Assembly: GCA_951406725.2 (NCBI GenBank)
Contig: OX597822.1
Coordinates: 80,724,001-80,788,000 of the forward strand
Direction of reading: 5' to 3'
DNA: 64,000 nucleotides
Origin: Octopus vulgaris
Lineage: Eukaryota
In this document: in pieces, positions 27,551 through 43,850 of the stretch
Position numbering within the stretch: position 1 is the first letter of the stretch
Layout of the letters: each line of letters opens with the position of its first letter
Translations under genes and position numbers: made by a program
The notes under the pieces: generated by a model
Databases searched by the model: none
What the model saw: only the letters and a program-made list of their open reading frames with translations
What the model was told of the DNA's origin: nothing

Positions 27551-27920
27551 AAAGCGGCGAGCTGGCAGAAACTATAGCACGTCGGTATTTCGTCTGCCGC
27601 TACGTTCTGAGTTCAAATTCCGCCGAAGTTGACTTTGCCTTTCATTCTTTCGGGATCGATTAAATAAGTACCAGTTACGCACTGAGGTCGATGTAATCGA
27701 CTTAATTCCCTTCGACTTAATCCGTTTGTCTGTCCTTGTTTGTCTTCTCTGTGTTTAGCCCCTTGTGGATACTAAAGAAATAGGTATTTCTGCTATCTAC
27801 ACGAGATCGACTTTGTCTTTCGTACTTTTGGGGTCGATTAAATAAGTACCAGTTACGCACTGAGGTCAATGTAATCGACTTAATTCCCTTCCCCACGCTG
27901 CCCTTGTGGAAATAATTTGA

Positions 27921-27921
<1 letters not shown>
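27551..27921 (+). mobile_element. SINE family B with internal duplication
   Basis: Homologous to 17617-18020. Confidence 0.8.
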
Positions 27922-27986
<65 letters not shown>

Positions 27987-28010
27987 CGTATTAGTAATAA
28001 TAATAATAAT

Positions 28011-28508
28011 AGTGTTATCATGTACATTGTTTTGTCTTGGTATAAAAGATGGGCTACAGCAAATATTCTGCTCAATACCACAGATTTGCTTGTCAGTTGT
28101 TTGACCTTAACCAGTTGAGCATGTTCCTTAGTGGCTGACGATATGTGCATCTCTGATCACGAGCAGAAGTAGTGGGGGAGCATCATAGCCATGTGTTGAG
28201 AGGGATTCTTTGGGGTTTGAATAATTCACCTCTGGAAACATGGGTGGTTCTTTCAACATCCTTAAACAACCCTTATTCAGGGACCTTTTGAGCGGGATGG
28301 GCTACTCAACCTGAAGAAAATTCTAACTGGGCCCCACCTGCAAGGTCATGTGCTGTTTATCTTGATATGAGATCACCATGTCGCGCACTTATGATTGTGA
28401 TGCATGTGCCTGGTGTACCTTTATCAGACGGGTAGTCATGATGGGTATATTGGGCTTCGTATATTTTACCCCAGTGTCACTTTGATGGCATGAACTGCTC
28501 TCTCACTC

Positions 28509-28510
<2 letters not shown>
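28011..28510 (+). mobile_element. (AAT)n-embedded element, 5'-truncated, inverted relative to 26948-27505
   Basis: Reverse complement of about 26948-27445 with few mismatches. Confidence 0.9.
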
Positions 28511-28553
<43 letters not shown>

Positions 28554-28566
28554 TATAATAATAATA

Positions 28567-28607
<41 letters not shown>

Positions 28608-28671
28608 CATCATCATCATCATCATCATAATCATTATTATTATTATTATTGAGTGAGAGAGCAGCTCATGC

Positions 28672-28710
<39 letters not shown>

Positions 28711-28714
28711 GATA

Positions 28715-28911
28715 AAGGCGGTGAGCAAGCCGGGCGAAATGCTTAGTGGTATTTCGTCTGTCCTCACGTTCCGAGTTCAAATTCCGCCTAGGTGGACCTT
28801 GCCTTTCATCCTCTTGGGGTCGATAAATAAAGTTCCAGTGAGTCACTGTGGTTGATGCAATCGAGTAGTCCCCCTCCCCGAAAAGGGCTGTCCTTGTGGC
28901 AAAATTTGAAA
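28715..28911 (+). mobile_element. SINE family B
   Basis: aaggcggtgagc..gagttcaaattccgcc..ggggtcgataaataa. Confidence 0.75.
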
Positions 28912-29561
28912 CTATTATTAATCACTATAACTACGTTATCGACACCATCACCTGTAGCTGCGCAGACAGCAGCGGGGGTAGGCACAGCGGAGGCGGCAGC
29001 AGCGGTGGTGGCAGCAGCGGCGATGGCATCAGCGTTGATAGCAGTAGCGGCGATGTCGGCTGTGGCATTGGCAGAAGCGGTGGCGTTAGCTGTAGTGGCA
29101 GCAACCGTCTAATTCATTTGACAATTTTGAGATGAATTGAGATTGTTATGAATCAATAAACTTGAATGGTTGTCATATTTATTGTTTAGCTTCTTGTTCG
29201 CGGTTTTCATTTCAGAATATCTTTTTTTTTTTGTAATATTTCCCTTGTATTTTTGACGCTTGTTTTCTTTTCTGTATAGTTTGTTATTTTTACACATGTA
29301 TTTATACACATATAGATTTGTGTGCGCAACAAACTGACACATACACATGCATGTATGCGTGTGTGTGTGTGAGCGTGTGCGTTTGCATGTGTGTGTGAGT
29401 GTGCGTCTGTGTGTGTGCGTCTGTGTGTGTGTGTGCGTGCGTGCGTGCGTTTGTATTTATTCCATTTTTTATATCAGTCACCAATATCTCATTTTAATCA
29501 ATCTCAGAAAATTGAACAGTGACGTAGGTGAAATTGGAAAGTGGGGGGAAGAGATGAAGTG

Positions 29562-29985
<424 letters not shown>

Positions 29986-30594
29986 CAACAAATATGGTGA
30001 AGCGACAAGAACTAGTCAAGAGATTTTCCAGTGATATGATATAGTACGGGATAGAGAGAATATGAGAAGGGTAGTTAGAATGTTAGAGAATAAAAACTAT
30101 CAGAAAATATAGAGGGTAATAAAGCGTGAGAGTGAATAAAAAGGACATAGACTATTGAAGAGATGCAGTGGATGACTGAGTGAGACAGGAGGGGATCGTA
30201 TTAAATGGGGACAATGAAAGAGAGAAGAATAAACGAATGGGAAATGTAGTTAATGCAGTCAAGAGCAAAGGATATGACAGAGGTTGTAGTATGTATGGCT
30301 TTATGTATGTGTGTTTGTGAATGTGTGTATGTGTGTGTGTGTATCGTTGTATTTTGGTTTCTTTGTATCACTGCGTATTTGCGTGGCCATATGTAGGACT
30401 TGCTCTCAGCAGGAAAGTTTATATGTATGCATATATGTATATCTATGTACATACATACAGCAATAGCTATGTATGGATTTATAGATAATTTGAGAAAAGG
30501 TAATAGATAGGTTATTAATATACACGTACACACACTCAAATGCGCACACACACATATATATGTATGTATACACATATGCATATATATGTACGTA

Positions 30595-30633
<39 letters not shown>

Positions 30634-30773
30634 CATTAGAAATGTTTTCCTTTGCCCTCATTTATGAATTGTTTATAAATTTAACCGTTAAAGGTATTTT
30701 TTAATATGCTGGCCATAGAAAAAAATTTTTTTCGAGAAAATATTTTTTTCGAAAAGAATTTTATCCTCACATT

Positions 30774-30929
<156 letters not shown>

Positions 30930-31106
30930 ACATATACATGTATATGTACATATATACATATATATATATATGTACATATACATATAAATGGATGTGTGTA
31001 TATTTCTCTTGTTTACAATTAACACGGAAAAATATATAAACAGTTACCAGGGCAGCAAAAAACACACAAGTAAAAAGAACGTAACAGCCTGTTTGTAAAT
31101 GTAAAA

Positions 31107-31162
31107 TCTCCGTGTTGATGTGAAATAATACCAATGTTGTCTTCGAAACATATGTCGGAAGT
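31107..31162 (+). ncRNA. Decayed HHR-like motif
   Basis: TTGATGT-gaa..ttc-GAAA-CATATG-TC-ggaag: palindromic helix III and a GUC triplet, but the first core box is mutated. Confidence 0.35.
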
Positions 31163-31349
31163 AAAGGAATTTGAATAACACCTGCATTTAACTCCATTTA
31201 TTTATTTACATATAGATATATGTATATATGCATTCATGTGTGTATTTATATATGTGTATGTGTGTGAGTATGTCGTGCGTGTGTGTGTATGTATATATAT
31301 ATATATATATAATATATATATATACCTGTTAAACGAAACCACCATGTGT

Positions 31350-32900
31350 TATAGGTGCTATAAACAAAAAATAGACCCCCTCCTGTACATCGATAGCCTA
31401 AAGCTTTTCGCTAAAATCACCATGAAACAAACAAACCTTATCAAGATTGTCAATAGTTTCAGCAAAGACACCGAAATGAGCTTTGTGGGGCACAAATGTG
31501 CCAGAGTCACACTGAGAAGAGGCAAATTGATCGGGATTGAAAGCAGTACGCTCGACATAGACACAGAAATTAGAGAATTAGATAATAACCGCCCACACAA
31601 ATATCTAGAAATAGACGAAACAGCTAAAGTACAACGCACAGAAATAAAAGGGAAAATTAGGAGAGAGTATTACAGAAGAGTCATACTAATATGAAACCTT
31701 GAACTTAATGCTAAAAATAAGATAATAGGAATAAACAGACTAGTGATATCAGTCATAAATTACAGCTTTAACATAAACTGGAAGTTCAATGAATTGAGAA
31801 ACCTAGATAAAAAAACCAGAAAGCTATAAAGAGCGTATCGATGTCACCACCCCAAAGCAGACGCTGACAGAATATATCTACCGTGGCCTGATACTCATAG
31901 ACAACTATTATAAGATAACAACAGTTGGATTAAGAAAGTACTGAGAAACAAAGAGTAGAAAACTACTGCATGTAGTAAAGCAACACGAGAAAAAGGAGAC
32001 GATAAAACACAAGGAGACGATATGCACAAGGAGACGATAAAACACAAAACAAAAACAAACTACACTGATATACTGACTTCAGATGACGACATAGCAGAAA
32101 TGGTCAAAGAGATAAAAAAAACGACATGAAAACATAATTACAAAATATACTGAAGAAGAAATGGAGAGAAAAATCACTCCATGGCCAATGCCCTGCAAAG
32201 TTTGACAGAGAAGAAGTGAGTCTAAGTAAAAGCCAACAATGGCTCAAAAGCTCTGGACTAAAAACTGAAACGAAAGGGCTGATTCTCGCTGCACAAGACC
32301 AATTTCTGACTACGAACAAGTATCAAAGTAAAATAATGAAAACAGGTCCCAACACCAAATGCAGAATATGCAAACTGTACAACGAGACAGTTGATCACAC
32401 CATATCGTGCTCCCCAGTCCTTGCCAAATCTGAATATATATACAAGCATGACAAAGTAAGCAGTTATTTCCACTGGACAATATGCCAACATTAAACTGAC
32501 AATAGGTGGTATAAGCATGTGCCAAACAATGTACAAGACAACGACCTGACCACAATCGTCTGGGATATGCCGGTTCAAACGGACGAATAAATTAAAGTTA
32601 ATCGCCCAGACTTGATGGTCAAGAATTGGGGGAAAAACACCGGCTTACTGACATTGCTGTCCTATCTGATCAAAATATTGTTAAAAAAGAAGTGGAGAAA
32701 TTGTCAAAATACAAAGACCTCGAAATTGAAGTATTCAAAATGTGGGGCATGAAGGTAAAAAATATACCAATGATAATTGGAGCACTGGGCATAATGAAAA
32801 ACATATGAACAAAAAAGTAGAAGTTATACCTGGATCCTCAAAACTACACACTGCTCAAAAGTAGCCCACATCCTATGCAAGACACTGAGAATTTAATAAT
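31350..32900 (+). mobile_element. Dong/R4-clade LINE: decayed RT, CCHC knuckle and RLE
   Basis: LLYIDSLKLFA (YMDD region), KTETKGLILAAQDQ, CRICKLYNETVDHTISC, WDMPVQTD..NRPDL, KYKDLEIEV..MWGMK..IIGALG. Confidence 0.9.
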
Positions 32901-33439
32901 ACAACCTAAAGAAAAACAACCCACAAATGCAAGACATAATCTATACAGGAATTACCCAGTGAAATAAACTTCCACCAACAACCTAGATAACCAGTGCATT
33001 ACACATTCAACACACAAAACAAGCACTATCAATTTAAAACGTGTATCACTCTCTTGTTCTTTGTGATTTTTTAATATACTGTGGCAATATACGAAATTCT
33101 TCAAATTGAACTTTGAATTTATTAATCCAACAGTAGGACAGATTTAATTATATAAACCCCACAGATCGTAATATTTCTGAATAATCGACGTAGTTAGCCA
33201 AGTTCGGATTACAAAAGAGACCTTAAAGGCATATAACTTGATTTTTAAAATATATATATATACCAAAATTTAGTATAAACAGCTAGGCACAATGTAATAC
33301 CACTGAGGAATAATTTAATCATCAATTACCGTAATGAGTACCGAAACCAATACATTCTAGAAATAAGAGTTAAAAATTGTTAATGCTGTAAGATGAGCGC
33401 AATGACCGTCTTTAGAACATTAGCTTAGAATAGGTTCGC

Positions 33440-33512
33440 CTATATTGGTAGGTACCTTCAGTAGCGACTACTCAAATGTCGATGGTTTGGCTAACTTCAT
33501 CTGCCAGTATAT
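33440..33512 (-). ncRNA. Decayed HHR-like motif in a Penelope-type pLTR remnant
   Basis: Minus strand reads tatactgg-CAGATGA-agt..act-GAA-GGTACC-TA-ccaatata. The element end at about 33260-33290 resembles the end of the 432-bp unit. Confidence 0.4.
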
Positions 33513-33570
33513 ATATATATATATATATGTGGATATATATATATATATATAATACAATGAAATTTTATAA

Positions 33571-33610
<40 letters not shown>

Positions 33611-34124
33611 CATACTTCTTGCGACATAAAGAGTTTTTAACTCTTATTTGTAGCAACGTATATGCTTCGGCACCTCTCAGTAACATTTGGGGAGGATTAA
33701 ATCTCCCTTTGTGTGTGTGTGTGATTGTCATCCTTTTAGTACTTACCCGTCAGCGACATTCCTCTTACATAGTATTGGCCAACGGATACAGCACGAAATA
33801 TATTAGCTTCGGCGTCATGTTTATATGGCGTAGACATACTACACACACATGCATAATGAATATGTGTGCGCATGCGTACATATATACATACAGTACGTGT
33901 TTTTGCTTCGCTTCCTTGAACAAAATTCCGTCCCAAATAACCAGTGTCAATTCGTAATCATTGCAGAACAGTAGCAGAAGACACGCACCAAAGTGTGACG
34001 CAGTAGGATGGAACTTCGAAATTGAGGGCTCGTAAGACTCGACGAAATATCAGCTAAATCTACTCTCGATTGTGAGTGAGAAAACACATTAGAAAATCTA
34101 GTCCTAGATAGACAGCACCCTCCC

Positions 34125-34160
<36 letters not shown>

Positions 34161-35585
34161 ACGCACACACACATACACACACACAAATCGCGATGTTTTG
34201 TCTACCGTTCTATTGATGTATCATATGTCTGCCTCGGTCAGGGTTGACCTGGGTCTAAACAACAACTATATCACATTCTGCTGTCATCATTGGACGTAAA
34301 ATCGAAAAAAGGAAATCAAAGTGAATCGGGGAACAACAATAAAAATCGAAAAATAAAATAAAATAAAATTATAGTAAAAGAGGAACGTCATCGAACCGAA
34401 TAGATTTCAAATTAATTTTTCTTTATTGAAATCAATTATGGAATGGTTGTATCACACAATCAATCAACTGAAGGGTGTGGCTAACTGTATCGATTATTTT
34501 CAAATCTACTGGAAGTTTGCAATCAATAAAAGAGTACAGCTCAGCTGAGGCTGTGATATATCGATTTTGTTCGAATTAGATGTACAGGTAACATAAATGT
34601 TAAAAATAAAAGAAAACAGAAAGCTAATGCTGTCGATCTAAATATTCGCCCCAAATTACTGGTATTTATTCATATCGATGTTTCGATTGTCAGTCAGTAA
34701 ATATGGAACCTGTCAGCCGTTGAAATAGAGAACGCGCATGATGAAACGTTGTATAATGTCATGTATAATTTCATATTCATTTAGCCCTGAAACACGGGCG
34801 TATTTTGTTTATCAAAACGAGCCAATGAGAAAACTTCAATGTAGACATACGATTTCCAGAAATCGCAGGTAAATCTTCCTCAAAGTAATTCCTACTTTGC
34901 CGTTCAAAATATTACACATACAACAGTAGAGGCCAAACAAAACAATGTCAGAAAACAAAATCAAGTCGAAATGGCCAAAGCTGTAATCCAGTTGATCAGA
35001 ACTGACATTAAATACTTTAGTTATGGGTGTTATTACCGTTGCGACTGACTGCTTCTCGTATCCGACTCTTCATTTGTACCTGTTTAAGGAAATATCTACA
35101 AGAAGTCATGCTTGCATTAGTTTGTTGGATCTCTACTTTTCAGGGGATGAACCTCACACTACGGTTTCAGTATAACCATGTCACACATGTAAGACAGAGG
35201 TGATTATATTCGAATAGACTGCCACTGATTATACTGGTGTCTCGCGTCTATATTTTGGTTGTCGATTATACAAAAAAGTAAGGTAATGAACTGTGACAAT
35301 GTTCTTGAGCAGCATTTTCACGGAGAAAGAGTTTGCCGTAATGAGAGAGGGATTAAGTTACAATATACTAGTAGGTAGTTTTCTAAATGATTTACCAGGT
35401 CTATTTTCATTCCATGGAATTTTCAACACAAACACGTAATGCTCTTTTTAATCTATTTTCTCCAACAATCTATGATGGTTGCAACACAATTCGCATCTCT
35501 AGACTACAGCATTGACACTGCCACACTACACCATAAATGTGTTCTTTCTTATTGTATAAGTCTCAGTCCTTTCTCTACGGGAGAT

Positions 35586-35658
35586 GAGGTCGGAGAAATG
35601 TCGTGCTGACGACGGCTGTCGAGTAAGAAACATGTGTCTACGATTGATCTCTGACCTC
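35586..35658 (+). ncRNA. Type I hammerhead ribozyme motif with extended helix I; helix II degenerate
   Basis: gaggtcggaga/tctctgacctc forms 11 bp and tcgtg/tacga forms proximal helix I. Core CTGACGA (35606-35612), GAAA (35627-35630), then CATGTG and a GUC triplet. Confidence 0.6.
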
Positions 35659-36977
35659 CAAACTCTAAGTTTTTTTTAATGACGTCATCTTTGGAGAATC
35701 CTTAATATTGTGAACCTTTCTCAAGTGGAGCTCGTATGAATAGCCATTTGATAATTAAGAAGGCATCCTCTAGAGGCGGAGATAACTTTAATAAATCAAG
35801 AGTTTATGTTTTATGGTGTTTGATAAACTTGTATTCAGTGGAATTATTTAAAAATAATTTTATCATTTCAGTTCAAAAGAATAATGTTATTCGTCGTCCT
35901 TTGTATTTATATAGATTTAACAGGGTTAGAGGTGGAGGAATGGAACAAAGTGAAGGAAAACATCGTAATGAAGAATGTGTTTATTTCTGGACAAATTCCA
36001 TATAGCACTTCTATGTGTGTGTGTGTGTTAGGGGGAGGGAGAGACAGAGAAAAGAGAGCGGGATGGGACAAAAGGAAATAGAGTGACGGGAGAGAAAGTG
36101 GGATGGTAGAAAATAAAGTACAAAGAAATCATTGTCAAAAATAAAAATAAGGAAAGAAGGAAACGGAGGTTAAACTCTTGGTTTATGGCTGTCTTCTCGT
36201 ATTTCGAAATTGACATTAAACTCTGTGGCCATCTTATTTCGTTAGTTCTTATTTTATCTTCAAAACTGTCATGTGAATTTGGTACATACTATTTTCCACA
36301 AGTGTACGCTTGGCTCTTAAATAGAATTGTATGCACTTATTTTGATGCACATGCAAAATGACAGATAGCACTTTAAAATGCTATGGATATAGCAATTTAA
36401 GTACAATGCATAATGCAATATTTCTATTGTTATGATAGCAGCACTGATGCATGTTTTATCATAGTGCGTTAAAACTTCATGGCGTGGTGACTTACATTTT
36501 GATCCATTTTGTTGCAGTATTTATCTAGTCTTGTGCTGTTCAATTTGTTACAACATTCGATGTCGTTTGATAGAATCTTCTTTGAAGATACAATACCTCA
36601 CACGCTTGCTCTGTTCGATCGAATCCAAACGTAGAGCCAGATATACATAACTGTAAGCGTGCTGTCTTGGCTTTCATGATTCGATGTCCATTGTAAGTCA
36701 ATTTGATTCCATTTCAACTTTAATCCCATAGCGACAAAGAAAAAGCAATGGATCTCGAAGAATATTACATCTCTCCTCAATAAAGTCAATAAATATGTAT
36801 CCATTTAACCTAAATACAAAATCAATATATTTGCTTACAATGGAAAGGACAAAAGCATGCTGGAGTCCTAGATACACAATGTGTCCCAAAAATATGTTTA
36901 CAACAGTAAGATAGAAGGCAGATTAAACAAGGCACCAACAACAATCAATATATTTATTTTTAGACACAGATACACAC

Positions 36978-37020
<43 letters not shown>

Positions 37021-37119
37021 TATTAACATATATTTATATATATATTAATACATACATATATATATATATACATACGTACATATATATATACATACATATA
37101 CATATATATATATACATAT

Positions 37120-37180
<61 letters not shown>

Positions 37181-37739
37181 CATACATACATACAAATATA
37201 CATACATACATAAATACATGTTTTGCTTAGACAACGCAATTCTAATCAACTAGTTTGGAACTCAATGTACATATGCTTCAGAGTAAAGCATTAGCTGTGT
37301 ACAGGACATAAGCTGATATTAAATAACAAAGCAACAGAAAAACATGCAATGGACTTCATTAGTTTATAGCCGTTTCTGCCCTAAGATTCAGTGCACAGGG
37401 AGCGGAGAGTATGTGCATCACTATATAGCATCCTCGGAGCTTCTAAAAGTAAGTGCAAGAATATTTGAGAAAGCATTGGCATATATAGGAAAGATGGCCG
37501 TATGTAAATGTTTTCCTAAAAAAACTTGGATCTCATTTCAGATTTTACAAGTTATCCAAAGACGTTATGTAATGCAAAGCTCTCACTTCCGAGTATATTA
37601 CGTTTTATAGCGGACTTTCCTGTAAATGAATGAAGCCCACTGCAGTCTTTCCTGTTCCATTGTCAGTCTTTTAGTATACGTACATACATACATAGTATAC
37701 ATACATACATACATACATACATACATACACACACACATA

Positions 37740-37784
<45 letters not shown>

Positions 37785-38575
37785 TAATTAATATATAAAT
37801 CTATGCATATATACATACATATATGTACATACCTACATATACATGTATATATACATGCAAATATGGTTACAGGGCATCAAAAACTTTGAACAAAATGAGA
37901 AACGAAAACATAAAAACAAAAACATATAAAACGAACATTTTTTCGAACAACCAAAAAAGCAAACAGAGAAACGAGACATACAACATAAAGTATATTCCCC
38001 TTCTTCAGTTATCCCTGTTTCATTTACTCCACGTTCCAAAGGCAAGAGGAAGACGCGACTTCGTTGAAACAGTCCTTCCCGCAAAGCAAATTAAATAGAA
38101 TTTGACATTTTTTTTTGTGGAGGGTGAAAGTGGTAACAAGACATTAAAAACAAACGGTGAGGGCTGTTAAGCCAAGACGATAGAAAAATCATTATGAACG
38201 CTAAGAGTACCAGAATATGAGAGGACAGGTATAAGCATGTGTTGTGTTGAGGGAGGTAATGGGCAGAAAGATAGATTCCCGTTCGTCACATCTTTGAGTG
38301 TGTATGTGTGTATGGGTTTGTGTGTGAGTGTCTGTATGTAGATGCATTATGTGCTACAGCTCCGACTCTATCTTCTCTGCTATATGTAAATATATATATA
38401 TATATTCTCATGTACTTTTACACCGTTGCCAATAAATATCTTCCGTATTTCTCACTGCGATAGACAAAGTAATGTTTGTGAATCGTTCCAGATTATTTAC
38501 CAGAAGGTTCACTGTTCTAAAAGAATGACTTTTCCTGACTTCTCCATACGTCTATAAAAACTCACACAGACACAA

Positions 38576-38649
<74 letters not shown>

Positions 38650-38892
38650 CACATTCATACACGCACACATACACACACACACAGATGTACGTGCTTGCCC
38701 CAGTTTCGCTCTGTTTCAAAATGTTCAACCTTTTTGTACGGAAGAAACCAATTATCTCAAAGTAGCGCGCACAACTATTGAACTCGAAAACGCTGTTATG
38801 AAGTGATTTTGACACGGATGCAACCTTCCATGTCAGCATTTTTCATACGTAGGTTAGGCAAAGTTTACTTATTTGAACTTAAATTTTATTGT

Positions 38893-38997
38893 TGATCACC
38901 TGATAAACAAGAAATAGAGAATAACATTTGAACTTATTCCGTGGAATCAACATGTGGCATGTACTGTATCAGTGAATTTCGAAACATATGTAGCGAT
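38893..38997 (+). ncRNA. Decayed HHR-like motif
   Basis: atcac-CTGATAA..ttc-GAAA-CATATG-TA-gcgat. G8 is changed to A and helix II is long and unclear. Confidence 0.35.
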
Positions 38998-39307
38998 GTT
39001 GTGTCTTTTAGATGTTGTTGACAAAATGTTGTCTTCTAGACAACGATATATTTTAATGAGAGTTGTGTGAATCCAATTTAGTTGGTTCAGGTGTTGCTTG
39101 CAAAAATTCTCAGCGCGATATAGATTTTTTCAATGTTTTCTCGAAGCATTTACCTACTGGCAAGCAGTGCCCCATATTCCGGGCTTTTTGCTTCGAGATT
39201 TATTGGCAGATTTTGGTATCATGTGTCGTAATGACTCTGTGCGTTCTGCATACAGATGATGCAGTATTTTACATTGTATTGACACATACACACATACATA
39301 CATATAC

Positions 39308-39358
<51 letters not shown>

Positions 39359-39409
39359 AATATATACAAGTATATATCTGCATACACACATATATAGCAT
39401 GCGAATATC

Positions 39410-39592
<183 letters not shown>

Positions 39593-40368
39593 CATATGTA
39601 CGAACATACAGATTTGTCTTTTTCTCATAATAAAAGGTAAACATTTCTAAATGGAATAAGATTGATTCCTAAAGATTTTGGCATGCATTCAATTAAACCG
39701 GATGCTGCTGCACATATGTATATGTCACACTGCCAATTTATTTGCTAAAATAGGTAAAAAGAAAGAAAGAACATAAAACACGTCAAGTAACTGAACACGT
39801 GATCGGAAAAAAGTAAAAAAAAAAAGCGAAGTACCTAATATTAGAACAGATACTAGGAAGGTATAATACATGTAAAGTTGTTGTGGAATTGATATCTGTA
39901 ACAGAATAGGTTGTAAACAAATTTCACTGACATGATTGTGACGTCGTAATTTAGCAAACTGATATAAAGTGGTCGTACAAGAGGGTCAGTCTATAGAGAG
40001 GGTTTTAATAAAGAAGACATTTAAAACTGAAGAGTGATGCGTTATTTTGAAGATTTATTATTAGGAATTTTTAATGAAAATATGATACTGTTAAAAGAGT
40101 ATATCTCCCGAAGCATCGTAGGTGATAGGATTGAATAAGAAAACTCACAGTATCTGCATCCATCAAGATACGTCTGTAATAAAATGCCTGCGCGTGAGTA
40201 TATATGTGTCTACATGCATATACACTCGCAGACACTGTAAAAGATAAACATAGATAAACTATTTAATCCTGTGACTGATATACAAACATACATACGTACA
40301 CACATACATACACACACATACACACAGTATATAATATATATATACACATATGCATACATGTATGTATA

Positions 40369-40466
<98 letters not shown>

Positions 40467-40508
40467 TTTGTATGTATATATGTGTATATATATGCATATA
40501 TATATATA

Positions 40509-41002
<494 letters not shown>

Positions 41003-41097
41003 CAATAAATGGTGGGGTTGTGTTGACCGCACGTGGAGAAATGATAAGTAAGGAAAAAAAAAATATATATATATAAATATATATATATGTATATATG

Positions 41098-41151
<54 letters not shown>

Positions 41152-42199
41152 CATATATATATTTATTTATATGTATATATATGAACATTAGATAGTTAAA
41201 ATACACTTCTGGCATACTTTAACTTGTGAAGGAAAATCCACTGCAGTTACTGGGGAGAAGAAATACCGTGAAGCATTTTTTCCCCAGCGCAGTGACGAGT
41301 CTGCTACCTCATCGCCTAAATAGCATGTATTATTACAAAGCAAATTATTACACAGGAGAATGTGTTTTTATGGGGACCAGGGAGAAAATAAATAGGCCAA
41401 AAATTCAATTTGCAATGGCACATTCTCAGTCAAGTGACTCTGTCGTTTACAACCCGAACGTAAACCGGGGACTTTGCTACACAGTAGATGATGGTGGAGG
41501 GATTTCGGTGGATATGATAAAATATTTATTGTGGTAGGATGACGAAGGTTAGCTGAGTTAATAAGGGACTGAAACGAGGACTATAGTGCACGGAGTGAAA
41601 GAAGCTGAGATATCGAGAGCTATAAATATACGAACAGATGTGGAACAAGCGTCAAGTGAATTAGAAGCTAATTCTAACAGGGCTTCACAAGTGTCCGTTT
41701 AAGAGACGGACTTGAATTCAAGTCGGTGACGTAAAAGAATCGGAACCCATGTACTCGTCAAACCATATCGAGTAATTCAGGGTTAGTGCAGTTCATTGAG
41801 CAACCATTTTAACCTCCATATAGTCTACAACGAACTTTATTTGGTGCTTTTCTCAATGCTCACTCACACCTCTCGGGTTAATATGCTTCGAAATTAATAG
41901 CAATAGAGAGAAAATTGGACGTAAGACGTTACTTAGCAAGACAGATGTGTAAGGTAGTGCCTCATGGCATATACGTATACCGAGACAGCAAAAAAAATTG
42001 ACCCAACTGAAGAGACCTTAAATCTTTATGGCATTATCAAGGCAACGCTTCTCAATAACAATGTCGTTTCGTATTACCGACGCCCCGGCAACAAACGAAA
42101 ATCATCAACGGCAGAGTCGTCAAGTTCAAGTTGGTGTTATGCCTAGGGAGTCATATATTTGGTGTTGCACCAAGTATTGCTCCAGAAAATGTTTAAGAA

Positions 42200-42340
42200 A
42201 ACATCAGAAAATTATGAGTTTGTTTTAAATTTGAGATAACAGACAGTATTTTAATTAGGCTATGGACAGTTCTCATGAGCCCTATCTTTGGAATTTCTGC
42301 CATTTGGGGGTTTCCTGGTATCTGAGCTAGGTAGCAATCA
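42200..42340 (-). mobile_element. Dong/R4 3' fragment, diverged
   Basis: QIPGNPQMAEIPKIGLMRTVHSLIKILS is the C-terminus also seen at 43583-43850. Confidence 0.6.
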
Positions 42341-42350
42341 GCAATTATCA

Positions 42351-42423
<73 letters not shown>

Positions 42424-42427
42424 CATT

Positions 42428-42976
42428 GAGTGAGAGAGCAGTTCATGCCATCAAAGTGACACTGGGGTAAAATATACGAAGCCCAATATACCCATCATGA
42501 CTACCCGTCTGATAAAGGTACACCAGGCACATGCATCACAACCATATGTGCGCGACATGGTGATCTCATATCAAGATAAACAGCACATGACCTTGCAGGT
42601 GGGGCCCAGTTAGAATTTTCTTCAGGTTGAGTAGCCCATCCCGCTCAAACGGTCCCTGAATAAGGTTTGTTTAAGGATGTTGAAAGAACCACCCATGTTT
42701 CCAGAGGGGAACTATTCAAACCCCAAAGAATCCCTCCCAACACATGGCTATGATGCTCCCCCACTACTTCTGCTCGTGATCAGAGATGCACATATCGTCA
42801 GCCACTAAGGGACGTGCTCAACTGGTTATGGTCAAACAACTGACAAGCAATTCTGTGGTATTGAGCAGAATATTTGCTGTAGCCCATCTTTTATACCAAG
42901 ACAAAACAATGTACATGATAACACTTCCAATCAGTTAAGATCATAAGCCATGAGAGCCACTGCCTGGTACTGCATC
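42428..42976 (-). mobile_element. (AAT)n-embedded ~560-bp element, near full length
   Basis: Nearly identical to 26948-27505. Confidence 0.9.
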
Positions 42977-43289
<313 letters not shown>

Positions 43290-43517
43290 GATTGAGAGAG
43301 CAGTTCATGCCATCAAAGTGACACTGGGGTAAAATATACGAAGCCCAATATACCCATCATGACTACCCGTCTGATAAGGGTACACCAGGCACATGCATCA
43401 CAACCATATGTGCGCGACATGGTGATCTCATATCAAGATAAACAGAACATGACCTTGCAGGTGGGGCCCAGTTAGAATTTTCTTCAGGTTGAGTAGCCCA
43501 CCCCGTTCAAAAGGTCC
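43290..43517 (-). mobile_element. (AAT)n-embedded element, strongly 5'-truncated
   Basis: Same 3' end as the other copies; stops at aaaaggtcc. Confidence 0.9.
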
Positions 43518-43582
<65 letters not shown>

Positions 43583-43585
<3 letters not shown>

Positions 43586-43850
43586 TATGTTTGACTTTTG
43601 CTTTATATTTGTACAAGTTGGCTCCAAGTCTCACCCAGAGACCTCAAGAGACAACAGGGTTGAAAGTTCATGTTGTTGTTATGCCTAGTGTGCCATATAT
43701 TTGGGGGTGGGGTGTTGTACTAATGAATGTCTAAAAAAAAAATTTTTTTTTTTTTTAAACCGAAAATTATGTTTGTTTTAAACCTTGAGATTACATAGAA
43801 AGTATTTTGCGTAGGATATGAGCAGTTCCCATGAGCACTATCTTTTGAAT
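43583..43850 (-). mobile_element. Dong/R4 LINE extreme 3' end with (TAA)n tail
   Basis: Minus strand reads KIVLMGTAHILRKILSM*, then a 3' UTR ending agtcaaacatag-aataataat. Confidence 0.75.

Noticed and set aside
28960-29110. Ala/Gly/Ser-rich ORFs
   Set aside because: Degenerate GCA/GCG triplet repeat with no exon evidence.
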